From Actinomycetota bacterium (lineage in GTDB: Bacteria > Actinomycetota > Acidimicrobiia > Spongiisociales > UBA5794): a stretch of DNA of 46,588 bases. The notes under the pieces were generated by a model, which had not been told where the DNA came from, made no database searches, and was given only the letters and a program-made list of their open reading frames with translations. Below are positions 27,985-36,824 of this stretch, in pieces. Position numbers and translations under genes: made by a program. Numbering within the stretch: the first letter of the stretch is position 1; each line of letters starts with the position of its first letter. The stretch spans positions 1 through 46,588 of the forward strand of contig JASJYA010000001.1 in the NCBI GenBank assembly GCA_030125685.1, in the 5' to 3' direction.

Positions 27985-28833
27985 TCACGAGAGCCCCTCG
28001 AACAGATCTGATTCGCCTTCGTGCCAGCGAACAGACGAGTACAGCAACTCGAAATCCTCCCACGGATACACAGATTCGACCAGCTCGGTCGGCACAGCGA
28101 ACCAGAAGCCTTCAGGATCCACCTGGGTCCGATGTGCTCGCAACGCATCCCTCCCCTGATCGATGAATCCGGTGACATCGACCCGCGCCAGTCTTCGGCC
28201 CGGCGCCTCAAAGGCGTTCATGCGCTCTATCCACATCTCGAAGGGAGACTCGCCTGCGGCCCGGAGCATCGCTCGATGGAGCGTCATAATCCGGTCGGAG
28301 GTGAACACCGGCGCATACAGTTTCTTGATCTCCCATGGGTCTCCCGCTTCAGGGAAACGCTCACCATCGGCAGCCGCGGCAACGACAGCGACCGAAATTT
28401 CGTGGATTCGCAGATGATCAGGGTGGGGATAGAACTCGTGGGCGTCGTAGCCGAGAACAACGTCGGGACGGTGACGCCTCACCAGCCGAACGACGCGCTC
28501 AAGCACTCCGTCGAGAGGCTGCCTGCAGAATGCGTCCGGGTGTGCGTTCGCTTCCGAACCCGGCATTCCTGAATCGCGGTAACCCAACATCTCAACCACG
28601 TCGTACCCGATTATCTTCGCCGCCTCGGCGAGCTCCACTGCACGCACCTCTTGGAGGCGCCCTGCAATCTCGGGACGATCCATCGTTGAGTTCAAGATAT
28701 CCCCTGCCTCGCCGCCTGTCGCTGTGACGAGCACCGCCCTCGCACCCTCAGTGACATACTTGGCCACAGTCGCGGCGCCCTTCGAGGACTCGTCGTCGGG
28801 GTGAGCATGAATCGAGAGGATCGACTTTGGCAT
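27985..28833 (-). CDS. mca: mycothiol S-conjugate amidase (PIG-L/LmbE family)
   Basis: IHAHPDDESSKGAATVAKY, HPDH and C-terminal WEDFEL...DLFEGL closely follow the Mca pattern. Start refined to ATG 28833 (the ORF track extends to 28983). Confidence 0.8.
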   Translation of the reverse strand: MPKSILSIHAHPDDESSKGAATVAKYVTEGARAVLVTATGGEAGDILNSTMDRPEIAGRLQEVRAVELAEAAKIIGYDVVEMLGYRDSGMPGSEANAHPDAFCRQPLDGVLERVVRLVRRHRPDVVLGYDAHEFYPHPDHLRIHEISVAVVAAAADGERFPEAGDPWEIKKLYAPVFTSDRIMTLHRAMLRAAGESPFEMWIERMNAFEAPGRRLARVDVTGFIDQGRDALRAHRTQVDPEGFWFAVPTELVESVYPWEDFELLYSSVRWHEGESDLFEGLS

Positions 28834-28885
28834 AAGTGCGAGTATGGCGCGGTACGGGTACCAGCCGTGCGTCAAGCGGGAATTG

Positions 28886-29656
28886 TCAGAAAAGAATCTC
28901 AAGAGCCGATCGACCCTCCGCGCAGTCGCCGCGCAGCGGGCACCACTGGCAGTGAGGACCGGCCGATCTTGGAAGCTCCGCATTCGAAGCCATCGCAGTC
29001 CTAACGTGCGAGATCATGGCGACTACGTCAGCTTCCGTCTCGTCGGCTTCGCCGTCGCTCGGCGCAGAAACTCGTCTCTCCCCGGTCTTGAGCGACACAG
29101 CTTCCATCGTGGTTGGAAGGGCGCCCTCGGCGAGCCGCCAAGCCATCGCGTAGAACGCGAGTTGGTGCTCAGCATCGTCAAGGTTCGACCCTGTCTTCCA
29201 GTCGACGATTCGCACACCCTGATCGTCGGAGAACACGGCGTCCATACGCCCACGGAGCGTCACACCCTCAACAAGCGCAGCTTCGATGTCAACCTCGACA
29301 TCTACCAGGCCAACCGCCGGAAGCGCCTTGAATCGTTCATAGAGCTCCTCAACTTCTGCAACGATCCGAGTGAACTCCGAGTATTTGAGGGAGAGAGAAG
29401 CCATTGAACCTGCCAGGTGTGCTCCGGTCTCCTCTCGGCACACGCTCGCGAATGTATCGGAAGGAACCGGGCCGTCGACGAGATGTCTCGCAAAGATCCG
29501 ATGGGCAAGGCTCCCCCTGAACATCGCCTTCGTCGTAATTGGGTATGTACCCCTGAGACGCGCAAGCGCCTGTTGAGGACATTTCAGGTACGTCACGTAC
29601 AGAGTCGCCGAAACCGAGAATTCGTTCCCCGGTGGAATACGAGTGAAAGCCGCCAC
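28886..29656 (-). CDS. PD-(D/E)XK nuclease, Cas4/AddB-like with 4-Cys Fe-S cluster motif
   Basis: N-terminal YLKCPQQ, the GRMDAV...VRIVDWKTG (D...DxK) core and QLAFYAMA. C-terminal CQWCPLRGDC. GTG start. Confidence 0.75.
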   Translation of the reverse strand: MAAFTRIPPGNEFSVSATLYVTYLKCPQQALARLRGTYPITTKAMFRGSLAHRIFARHLVDGPVPSDTFASVCREETGAHLAGSMASLSLKYSEFTRIVAEVEELYERFKALPAVGLVDVEVDIEAALVEGVTLRGRMDAVFSDDQGVRIVDWKTGSNLDDAEHQLAFYAMAWRLAEGALPTTMEAVSLKTGERRVSAPSDGEADETEADVVAMISHVRTAMASNAELPRSAGPHCQWCPLRGDCAEGRSALEILF

Positions 29657-29760
29657 CCGGCGATCGTATCGGAATTACGACCGAAATTCGAGATGCAGTC
29701 AGCTATTCGACCCTTGGCCATATACTCCGCGAGTTGCAATCACATCCCGGGAAAGCATCG

Positions 29761-31827
29761 ATGGCCGCATCCAAATTCAGACTCGTCCTCTTCATCGCGG
29801 TACCTGTGTTGATCCTCGTCCTGCCACTCTCGATCTACTTTGTAGACAGCGCGGCAGCGTCGGAGAGAATCGCGCGAAATGTCACGATCGCAGGCATAGA
29901 CGTCGCCCGCCAAACCGAATCCGAAGCGATCGCATCGGTCGAGGCATACACAACCGTTCTTACCGCTCGCGTCGCCCGCATCGAAGTCAACGGCAGATTC
30001 TATGATCTTGACCCATCCGACGTCGGTCTGACATTCGACAGCTCTAGCGCCGTCAATGAAGCTCTCAGTCTCCTCAAGGATGGCATCGGTGAGTGGCTCG
30101 AGGCTTTCACCCAGGATCTTGACGTCCCGCTCACTGCGTCGCTTGATCAGGACATGGTCGAAGCGCAGCTTGTCAAGTGGGAGCAAGACGCCATCCCGAA
30201 TCCCGCGTTCGAGGGGTCAATCACGATCTCGAACGGCAGAGTAAGCCACGAGTATCCGAGGTCTGGCGAAGCTATCGACCGGGATGAAGCAGCGAGACTG
30301 CTCCTCGGAGTGCTCGAATCAGGAAGCAACGACACAATCGGGCTCCCGACGGTTCAATCCGATCCGAAGCTCACCGAGGCCGACATCGATACAGGGGTCG
30401 AGCGAGCAGAGATGATCATCGACCGCGACGTCGTGCTGACCAACGACGAATACGGGTTCGAGTTCCACGTTGGCCCAACGGATCTCGGCCGTGCGCTGGA
30501 AGCGACCGTCGGGTACGGAGAGAATGCGTCGATCGAATTCTCCATCAATCCGTCGATCATCGCTCCGCTCGTTGAAGCCGTTCGAGAGGGCCTCGAGATC
30601 GATCCGGTCGACGCCCGCTGGGAGACGGTGCTCGTCGACGACTTCGAGGACTATCCAGATCAGTACGAGATCAAAGACTCCCCGCAAGAGGAGATGGAGG
30701 GTCTCCCCGAGAATGACACGATTGAGCTAATACCAGGCCTGAACGGTACCACGGCGGATGCGGCGGACATCTCGGCTGCGGTCGAAGCAGCCGCACTCGG
30801 GAACGGCACGGGCGAGCTCCCAATCGTCAAGGACGCAGAACCTGAATTCACCACGGCCATGGCCGAGGCGTTCGGGGACCTCTACGAACTTGCGGAATTC
30901 ACGACCTGGACTCCTGGTCGTAACCGGGTACACAACATCCAGCTCATGGCAGATTTCGTCGACAACGCCCTGGTGATGCCCGGTGAGGAGTTCTCTGTGA
31001 ACGAGAGAGTCGGCCGCAGAACCCTTGAGAAAGGTTTCAAGTACGACTGTGCGATCGTGGGAGGGCTCCTTTCCTGCGAAGAGGATCTGGTCAACGTCGG
31101 AGGAGGCGTAAGCCAGTTCGGCACCACGATCTTCAACACCATTTACTTCAGCTGCCTCGAAACGGTCACCCACCAACCGCATAGCATCTACTTCCGCAAG
31201 TACCCGGAGGGTCGCGAGGCCACGCTCGGATATCCACACCCTGACGTCGTGTTCAGAAATGACACGGACGCGCCTGTCATCATCCGAACGTCTTACACGC
31301 CTCGGACAATCACGGTTACCTTTTTCGGAAACAACGGCGGCGCCACCTGCGGCACCGAACGCGGCGATCGCACCGGGCACACAAGTGCATCGGTTGTCTA
31401 TCGCGCCGATGAAGATGGGAACGTCCCCCCCGGCGAAGAGTTCGTCGAGAGCGAAGGTTCGGGTGGGTGGTCGATCGTCAATACGCGGATCTTCTACGAC
31501 TCGGGCGGCATCGAGTTCGCCCGCGAGACGTTCCCCTGGCGCTACCGCGGCGAGAAGACGCTCATTCTGATGCACCCCTGCGAGGAGAAGGTCGGCGGCG
31601 ACGGCGACTGCCCTGTTGCGGTACCCGCCGTGATCGGCCTGTCCAAAGAAGTTGCCACTGCGAATCTGGTCGCAGCCGGGTTCGCGGTCGCAGTGAATGA
31701 GGTCTCAACGCCCGATGAGGCCCAGGACGACATCGTCCAGTCGGTGACCCCTGACGGGTTCCACGAGTTCGGCGCCCTTATCACGATCCATGTCGGGAAA
31801 TGGGACGGCCCGACGCCCGACGACTGA
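29761..31827 (+). CDS. VanW family protein with N-terminal TM anchor and C-terminal PASTA domain
   Basis: TM FRLVLFIAVPVLILVLPLSIYF and VanW core NIQLMADFV...NVGGGVSQFGTTIFN...REATLGYPHPDVVFRNDTD. PASTA-like tail VPAVIGLSKEVATANLVAAGFAVAV...ITIHVGK. Confidence 0.8.
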   Translation: MAASKFRLVLFIAVPVLILVLPLSIYFVDSAAASERIARNVTIAGIDVARQTESEAIASVEAYTTVLTARVARIEVNGRFYDLDPSDVGLTFDSSSAVNEALSLLKDGIGEWLEAFTQDLDVPLTASLDQDMVEAQLVKWEQDAIPNPAFEGSITISNGRVSHEYPRSGEAIDRDEAARLLLGVLESGSNDTIGLPTVQSDPKLTEADIDTGVERAEMIIDRDVVLTNDEYGFEFHVGPTDLGRALEATVGYGENASIEFSINPSIIAPLVEAVREGLEIDPVDARWETVLVDDFEDYPDQYEIKDSPQEEMEGLPENDTIELIPGLNGTTADAADISAAVEAAALGNGTGELPIVKDAEPEFTTAMAEAFGDLYELAEFTTWTPGRNRVHNIQLMADFVDNALVMPGEEFSVNERVGRRTLEKGFKYDCAIVGGLLSCEEDLVNVGGGVSQFGTTIFNTIYFSCLETVTHQPHSIYFRKYPEGREATLGYPHPDVVFRNDTDAPVIIRTSYTPRTITVTFFGNNGGATCGTERGDRTGHTSASVVYRADEDGNVPPGEEFVESEGSGGWSIVNTRIFYDSGGIEFARETFPWRYRGEKTLILMHPCEEKVGGDGDCPVAVPAVIGLSKEVATANLVAAGFAVAVNEVSTPDEAQDDIVQSVTPDGFHEFGALITIHVGKWDGPTPDD

Positions 31828-31850
31828 CGCCTGTGAGCAGAGAGCATGCC

Positions 31851-31876
31851 GACCTGTGACCTGTGACCTGTGACCT
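31851..31876. repeat. tandem heptamer array CTGTGAC x3.5
   Basis: GAC CTGTGAC CTGTGAC CTGTGAC CTA between the two VanW genes. Same unit and strand as at 19937-19960. A degenerate CTGTGAG CAGAGAG lies at 31831-31844. Confidence 0.9.
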
Positions 31877-31949
31877 ATCCAGAAGCATCGAGTTCCCTGG
31901 ACTCATTCCTACACTTCCAAGACCTTACAAAGTGCGGATCGCCACGAGC

Positions 31950-33935
31950 ATGAAATCACCAAAGCCGATATTCGCGATCGCGCCGATAGCCATCCTGCTG
32001 CTCCCCCTCGGCATATACCTCGCTGATCGAGCAACCTCGACGGAAGAAATCTCTCGCAATGTGATGGTCGCGAACGTGCCCGTTGGGGGTATGGTCCGGG
32101 CGGATGCGACGCTCGCGGTCGAAGCGTATGAGAACACCCTTCGCACCGATACGGGCGTCTTCACCGTGAACGGTCAGACATTCAAGCTTTCCCCGATCAC
32201 GGTTGGTCTCAGAGCCGACGTCGCCACAGCGATCGACGAGGCATTCGCAGCGAGGCGCGACGGTGGAGTATTCACGAATTTCCGTTCCTGGCTCTCCTCC
32301 TTCTCAACGACAGAATTCATTCCCCTCGCGATCCGGTTCGACAACGATGCAGTCGATAAGCAAATCGACATGTGGGAAGCTGAAGCGATACCTAATCCTG
32401 CGTTCAGCGGGGCCGTGACGGTCGTTGAAGGCGTCGTCCTTCTTGAGTACCCACATCCGGGGCAGGCGATTGACCGCAGCACTTCATCCGCCGCGATTGC
32501 TGCCGAAATGAGCACGCTCGACAAACAGGGCGTCGTGCTCGACGTCATCGAGTCGGTTCCGGTCCTGACGAAGGCCAACATCGACGCCGCCGCTGAAGAG
32601 ATCGCCGGAATGATCGACGCATCGATCACCATGGTCTCCTCCCAAGTCGGATTTCGGACCACCTTCAGGCCCGAACACCTCGCTTCCGCAGCTCGGGCGG
32701 ATATCAACGATGACGGAACCGAGCTGCTCACGTCGTTCGACGCCGGCCGGGTCCTCGCGATCCTCGAACCTCGCCGTACGGAGTACGAGATATTGCCCCT
32801 CGACGCCAGATTCGACATCGACCTGGAGACCGACAAGTTCACGATCATCCCGGGCCGCAGCGGCACGCTACTCGACATCGACAGTCTCCTCATCGAGATG
32901 AAGACTGCCGCACTCGGCTCCGGCAACGGCCCCTTCCCCCTCCTCGTCGGCACGCAACCCACCTTCACGACCGAAGATGCACAGGCCTTCACCTCCCTCG
33001 GGCCACTCGCAGGATTCACAACAAAGCACCCGGCGCGACAGTCACGAGTCACGAACATCCAGTTGATGGCGGACGAAGTGAACGGGGCGATCGTCCTTCC
33101 AGGGGATGTGTGGACGATCAATGGCCACGTTGGAGAACGGACCGAGGCCAAGGGGTACGTGGCGGCGCCGGCGATCATTAACGGTGAGCCGTACTGCTGC
33201 GACCACCCGGCGAACATCGGCGGTGGCGTCAGTCAATTCGGCACCACGCTATTCAACGCTGTTTTCTTCTCGTGTCTCGAGGATGCGGGTCACAAACCTC
33301 ACTCGCTGTACTTCTCCCGTTATCCGATGGGGCGCGAAGCAACCCTCGGCGTACCCGCGCCGGATGTGGCTTTCAGGAACGACACCGACCATCCGATTGT
33401 GATCGCGACCGCGTATACCGATACGTCAATAACCGTCAAGATGTACGGTGACAACGGCGGCCTGACATGCACCGACGTCACGCACCACCCCGAGGACATC
33501 GTCGAGTTCGAGGAAGAGCTCGTTGCCGACGAAGAGGGGGAACTCGAACCGGGCCAGCGCGAACACCTCCGGTCCGGCATCGATGGATTTTTCATCAAGG
33601 TCGACCGATTGGTCACATACCCGGATGGGCGTGTCGAGACCGATATGAATCTCGTACACCGGTACCGGCCTCTCACTGAGCAGTACCTCGTCCACCCATG
33701 CGAAGTGACCGGGGAGCCCTTGCACTGCCCTGTCAAACTCATCTCCGTTGTAAATTTGACATGGGCCGACGCACTCGCCCAACTCTCCGATCTCGGCCTG
33801 TTCGCTGCAAAGAACACGGGTTTCGTGGACGATCCCGCTAAGCACGACATCGTCCTCACACAGGATCCGGCGCCAGGCGACTGGGTGGAAGACGGCTCGA
33901 CGATCGCGCTCACGGTCGGCGTGTATCAGGAATGA
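31950..33935 (+). CDS. VanW family protein with N-terminal TM anchor and C-terminal PASTA domain (paralog)
   Basis: Same architecture as 29761-31827, with NIQLMADEV...NIGGGVSQFGTTLFN...REATLGVPAPDVAFRNDTD and a PASTA-like tail ISVVNLTWADALAQLSDLGLFAAK...IALTVGV. Start ATG 31950 (GTG 31932 is possible). Confidence 0.8.
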   Translation: MKSPKPIFAIAPIAILLLPLGIYLADRATSTEEISRNVMVANVPVGGMVRADATLAVEAYENTLRTDTGVFTVNGQTFKLSPITVGLRADVATAIDEAFAARRDGGVFTNFRSWLSSFSTTEFIPLAIRFDNDAVDKQIDMWEAEAIPNPAFSGAVTVVEGVVLLEYPHPGQAIDRSTSSAAIAAEMSTLDKQGVVLDVIESVPVLTKANIDAAAEEIAGMIDASITMVSSQVGFRTTFRPEHLASAARADINDDGTELLTSFDAGRVLAILEPRRTEYEILPLDARFDIDLETDKFTIIPGRSGTLLDIDSLLIEMKTAALGSGNGPFPLLVGTQPTFTTEDAQAFTSLGPLAGFTTKHPARQSRVTNIQLMADEVNGAIVLPGDVWTINGHVGERTEAKGYVAAPAIINGEPYCCDHPANIGGGVSQFGTTLFNAVFFSCLEDAGHKPHSLYFSRYPMGREATLGVPAPDVAFRNDTDHPIVIATAYTDTSITVKMYGDNGGLTCTDVTHHPEDIVEFEEELVADEEGELEPGQREHLRSGIDGFFIKVDRLVTYPDGRVETDMNLVHRYRPLTEQYLVHPCEVTGEPLHCPVKLISVVNLTWADALAQLSDLGLFAAKNTGFVDDPAKHDIVLTQDPAPGDWVEDGSTIALTVGVYQE

Positions 33936-33948
33936 GAGAGCAAAGAAT

Positions 33949-33988
33949 TCAGAGCTCAGACAAGAATGTCTGTGCTCTGTGCTCTCAG
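33949..33988. repeat. drifting heptamer array (TCAGAGC TCAGACA ... TCTGTGC TCTGTGC TCTCAG)
   Basis: Read directly in the convergent spacer after VanW paralog 2. The core TCTGTGC x2.7 at 33969-33988 overlaps the stop codon of the small minus-strand gene. Confidence 0.75.
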
Positions 33989-34278
33989 TAATACAGGAAG
34001 AACTCTTCAATAACCCTGTTGCTCGATGCTTCCGCGTCGTGCAGCCAGCCGCCCTCCCTCTGGAGGATTATGACATTCGACGCGACATAGACACGCGAGA
34101 TCGAGTCGTCAGACTCGAAGAGGTCTGATGCGAGCTTCGCTCCGAACGTCGATTCTCCTGCTGCGCCATGGGCGGATGCATACCCCTCTCCATCCGCGCC
34201 TGTCAGGGACCGATCCGTTGTGACGATCATCGAATCATCTGTGACTCTCGTGTCTACGACTTCGATTCGCTGGCCCAC
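33985..34278 (-). CDS. small conserved-looking protein, possibly Nfu/NifU N-terminal-like
   Basis: 97 aa from GTG 34278 (GGAGG 4 nt upstream). The segment FGAKLASDLFESDDSISRVYVASNVIILQRE..W loosely resembles the Nfu_N pattern. The functional call is weak. Confidence 0.4.
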   Translation of the reverse strand: MGQRIEVVDTRVTDDSMIVTTDRSLTGADGEGYASAHGAAGESTFGAKLASDLFESDDSISRVYVASNVIILQREGGWLHDAEASSNRVIEEFFLYY

Positions 34279-34334
34279 ACAACCTCCTCGTAGCTCCAAT
34301 GGCGCGATGGTAGAGACAGGACGCCTTCTACCCC

Positions 34335-34376
34335 CCTGCCGGCATCTGGCATCTGGTGTCTGACATCCGGTCTACG
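34335..34376. repeat. tandem heptamer array, about 5 units, consensus GYRTCTG (GCATCTG GCATCTG GTGTCTG ACATCCG GTCTACG)
   Basis: Read directly between the pyk stop and the small gene. The unit is a rotation of the TCTGGCA unit at 19898. Confidence 0.85.
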
Positions 34377-34382
34377 ATTTCG

Positions 34383-35819
34383 TCACGTGTCAGAGACCGG
34401 ATGCAGTACGTCACCTGATCCGACGACGTGAAGTTTCATGAGATTGGTCGAGGCAAGCTGATTTGGGGGCACACCCGCAACCATCACCAGCCCATCCCCC
34501 TCTTCCACGAGACCTCTCCGCAGCAATTCGCTCTCAGCCGAGGCGATCATCTCATCCGTAGAGTGGACGCGGTCAAGATGCATCGGCCAGATACCGCCGT
34601 AGATGGCCATGCGGCGGTATGTGGAATCAACCGGCGTGAACGCGTACACATCCGCTCTCGGTCTGTACTTCGCAAGGAGTCTCGCTGTCGTCCCACTCTC
34701 GGTGAACGCAACGATCGTGTTGAGGCCGAGGCGATCGGCTGTGTCGACGGACGCTTCCGCTGTTGCGGACGCAAACGCAGCGCCGACCGAGAGACCCGAG
34801 ATGTCCTTTGCCCGCCCAAAACTCGGTGACTGTTCAGCCTCCATGCAGATCGAAGACATGACCTTGACGGCACGAGTCGGATACTTGCCGATCGCAGTCT
34901 CCGCCGAAAGCATCACGGCGTCAGTTCCATCGAGCACCGACCGGTAGACGTCCGCCACCTCGGCGCGGGTCGGGCGGGGACCTGTCACCATCGACTCGAG
35001 CATCTCTGTTGCTGTGATCGAGATCTTGCCGGCCGCGTTCGCCTTATGGAGAATCTCATATTGTGCCCATGGCACAGACTCGAGAGACAGTTCCACGCCA
35101 AGATCACCTCTCGCGACCATTGCGCCATCCGCCTCAGAGAGAATGTCGTCGAGGTTCATGTACCCGAAGGCTGTCTCGATCTTGGCGATGATGGGTGTAG
35201 CTCCGACAATCTCGCGCACGGATCGAATGTCGGCGCCAGAGTTCACGAAGGAAGCGGCGACCAGGTCCACACCGAGCTTGGCGCCGAACTCGAGATCCTC
35301 GATGTCTCGGTCGGTAACAGCTGAAAGATCCGTCTTCGCGCCTGGGAATGACACACCCTTGTGGTCGAGGAGCACACCTCCCTCGATGACATTGGCCTGT
35401 ACGCCGTCATCACCGACTTCGGTGGCTTCAAGCTCGATTACGCCATCAGCGAGGAACACCCTGCCCCCAACGCTCATCTCGACACATTCGAGATACGCGA
35501 TGCAAATATTCTGAGAGTCGCCGAGTCCGCCTCCAGGATTCAGATGAACAGTCGACCCGGTGGCCAGCACGATCTCACCGTCGGGAAATTCACCGACCCT
35601 GATTTTCGGGCCCTGGATGTCCTGCATGATCGCGATAGGTGTCGCCATGTCGCTTGCAACCCGCCGAACGATGTTGTACAGCGTCTCGTGATCTTCGTGG
35701 GTGCCGTGGCTGAAGTTGAGACGCGCAACGTTCATGCCGCGTTCCACCAGCTTGGAGACCTTGTCGGGGGAATTGGTCGCGGGACCCAGGGTTGCGATGA
35801 TCTTGGTCTTGCGATGCAT
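34383..35819 (-). CDS. pyk: pyruvate kinase
   Basis: KIIATLGPATNSPDKVSKLVERGMNVARLNFSHG and full-length PK layout. Start refined to ATG 35819 (the ORF track extends to 35972). Confidence 0.95.
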   Translation of the reverse strand: MHRKTKIIATLGPATNSPDKVSKLVERGMNVARLNFSHGTHEDHETLYNIVRRVASDMATPIAIMQDIQGPKIRVGEFPDGEIVLATGSTVHLNPGGGLGDSQNICIAYLECVEMSVGGRVFLADGVIELEATEVGDDGVQANVIEGGVLLDHKGVSFPGAKTDLSAVTDRDIEDLEFGAKLGVDLVAASFVNSGADIRSVREIVGATPIIAKIETAFGYMNLDDILSEADGAMVARGDLGVELSLESVPWAQYEILHKANAAGKISITATEMLESMVTGPRPTRAEVADVYRSVLDGTDAVMLSAETAIGKYPTRAVKVMSSICMEAEQSPSFGRAKDISGLSVGAAFASATAEASVDTADRLGLNTIVAFTESGTTARLLAKYRPRADVYAFTPVDSTYRRMAIYGGIWPMHLDRVHSTDEMIASAESELLRRGLVEEGDGLVMVAGVPPNQLASTNLMKLHVVGSGDVLHPVSDT

Positions 35820-35959
35820 GGGGCCAACCTTAGGGCGTGCCGAGCGTGACGCCCACAGGCTCATCGCGTCACACGTCGACTGATCTCGTCGCGCAGACCA
35901 CCGGATGCGAGTACCGTGTGAGTTGCGCCTCGGGCGTATCACACACGGAGGTTCGATAC

Positions 35960-36727
35960 ATGACCAAGACACTCAAGCTCCTGATACTCGTCGTTGCGTT
36001 CGCACTCGTTGCGGCAGCATGCGGCGGCGGCACCGACCTCGGCGGCCGAACCGTCACAGTCGGAGTCGAGAACGTGTACCCACCGTTTAACTTCATCGAT
36101 GAGGCAACGGGAGAGGGCGCCGGCTTCGACTACGACATTTGGAACGAGATCTGTGACCGCATCGAGTGCACAGCTGAATTCGTCGAGGCCGGTTGGCCCG
36201 CCGTCATCGAGGAGACAGGCCGTGGCGTCTACGACACCGCCGCCGATGGCATCACGATCACCGAGGACCGCAAGGCGGTCGTGGCGTTCTCAGATTCGTA
36301 CATGACCACGATCCAGAAGTTCATGGTTCGTGCTGATGAGGATCGCTTCACGACCTCTGAAGAGTTCATCGCCGGGGACTATCTCCTCGGCACACAGGTC
36401 GGCACGACCAATTATGAGCTTGGCGCCAAGCTCGTCGGTGACCAGCGAATTGAGGCGTTCGATTCGTTCCCTGTCGCCGTCCAGGCTCTGATGTCTGGAG
36501 ACTTGGACGCGGTGATCATCGACGACATCGCGGGCCAGGGTTACCAGGGAGCGAACGCGGACGTGCTGAAGAATCTCGAAGGTGACCTCCAGTCGGATCC
36601 CCTCGGTTTCATCTACCCGCACGACTCCGATCTGATCGAGCCGGTCAACCAAGTCATTGCGGACATGAAGGAGGACGGCACGCTCGATGCGCTCATCAAG
36701 AAGTGGTTCGTCGACTTCGAGCTGTAA
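35960..36727 (+). CDS. polar amino-acid ABC transporter substrate-binding lipoprotein (SBP family 3)
   Basis: Lipobox LVAAACGGG and a family-3 SBP pattern ([28 protein letters not shown]). Start ATG 35960 has an ACGGAGG Shine-Dalgarno sequence. Confidence 0.85.
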   Translation: MTKTLKLLILVVAFALVAAACGGGTDLGGRTVTVGVENVYPPFNFIDEATGEGAGFDYDIWNEICDRIECTAEFVEAGWPAVIEETGRGVYDTAADGITITEDRKAVVAFSDSYMTTIQKFMVRADEDRFTTSEEFIAGDYLLGTQVGTTNYELGAKLVGDQRIEAFDSFPVAVQALMSGDLDAVIIDDIAGQGYQGANADVLKNLEGDLQSDPLGFIYPHDSDLIEPVNQVIADMKEDGTLDALIKKWFVDFEL

Positions 36728-36745
36728 CAGACACACAACTCAGGG

Positions 36746-36777
36746 AGAAGGGTCGGGTCGTTTGGCCCGACCCTTCT
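36746..36777 (+). terminator. strong intercistronic hairpin (12-bp perfect stem, 8-nt loop) after the SBP gene
   Basis: AGAAGGGTCGGG-tcgtttgg-CCCGACCCTTCT with no U-tract. It is positioned like the attenuator or mRNA-stabilising hairpins between SBP and permease genes of ABC operons. Confidence 0.55.
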
Positions 36778-36824
36778 GCGTGTAGCCGTCTACATTGCTG
36801 GCATCGTCGCACAAAGGATATCCC

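Noticed and set aside
29721-29726. TATACT, a -10-like hexamer 35 nt upstream of the VanW paralog 1 start.
   Set aside because: It stands out in GC-rich DNA, but I found no supporting -35 element or extended -10, so I did not list it as a feature.
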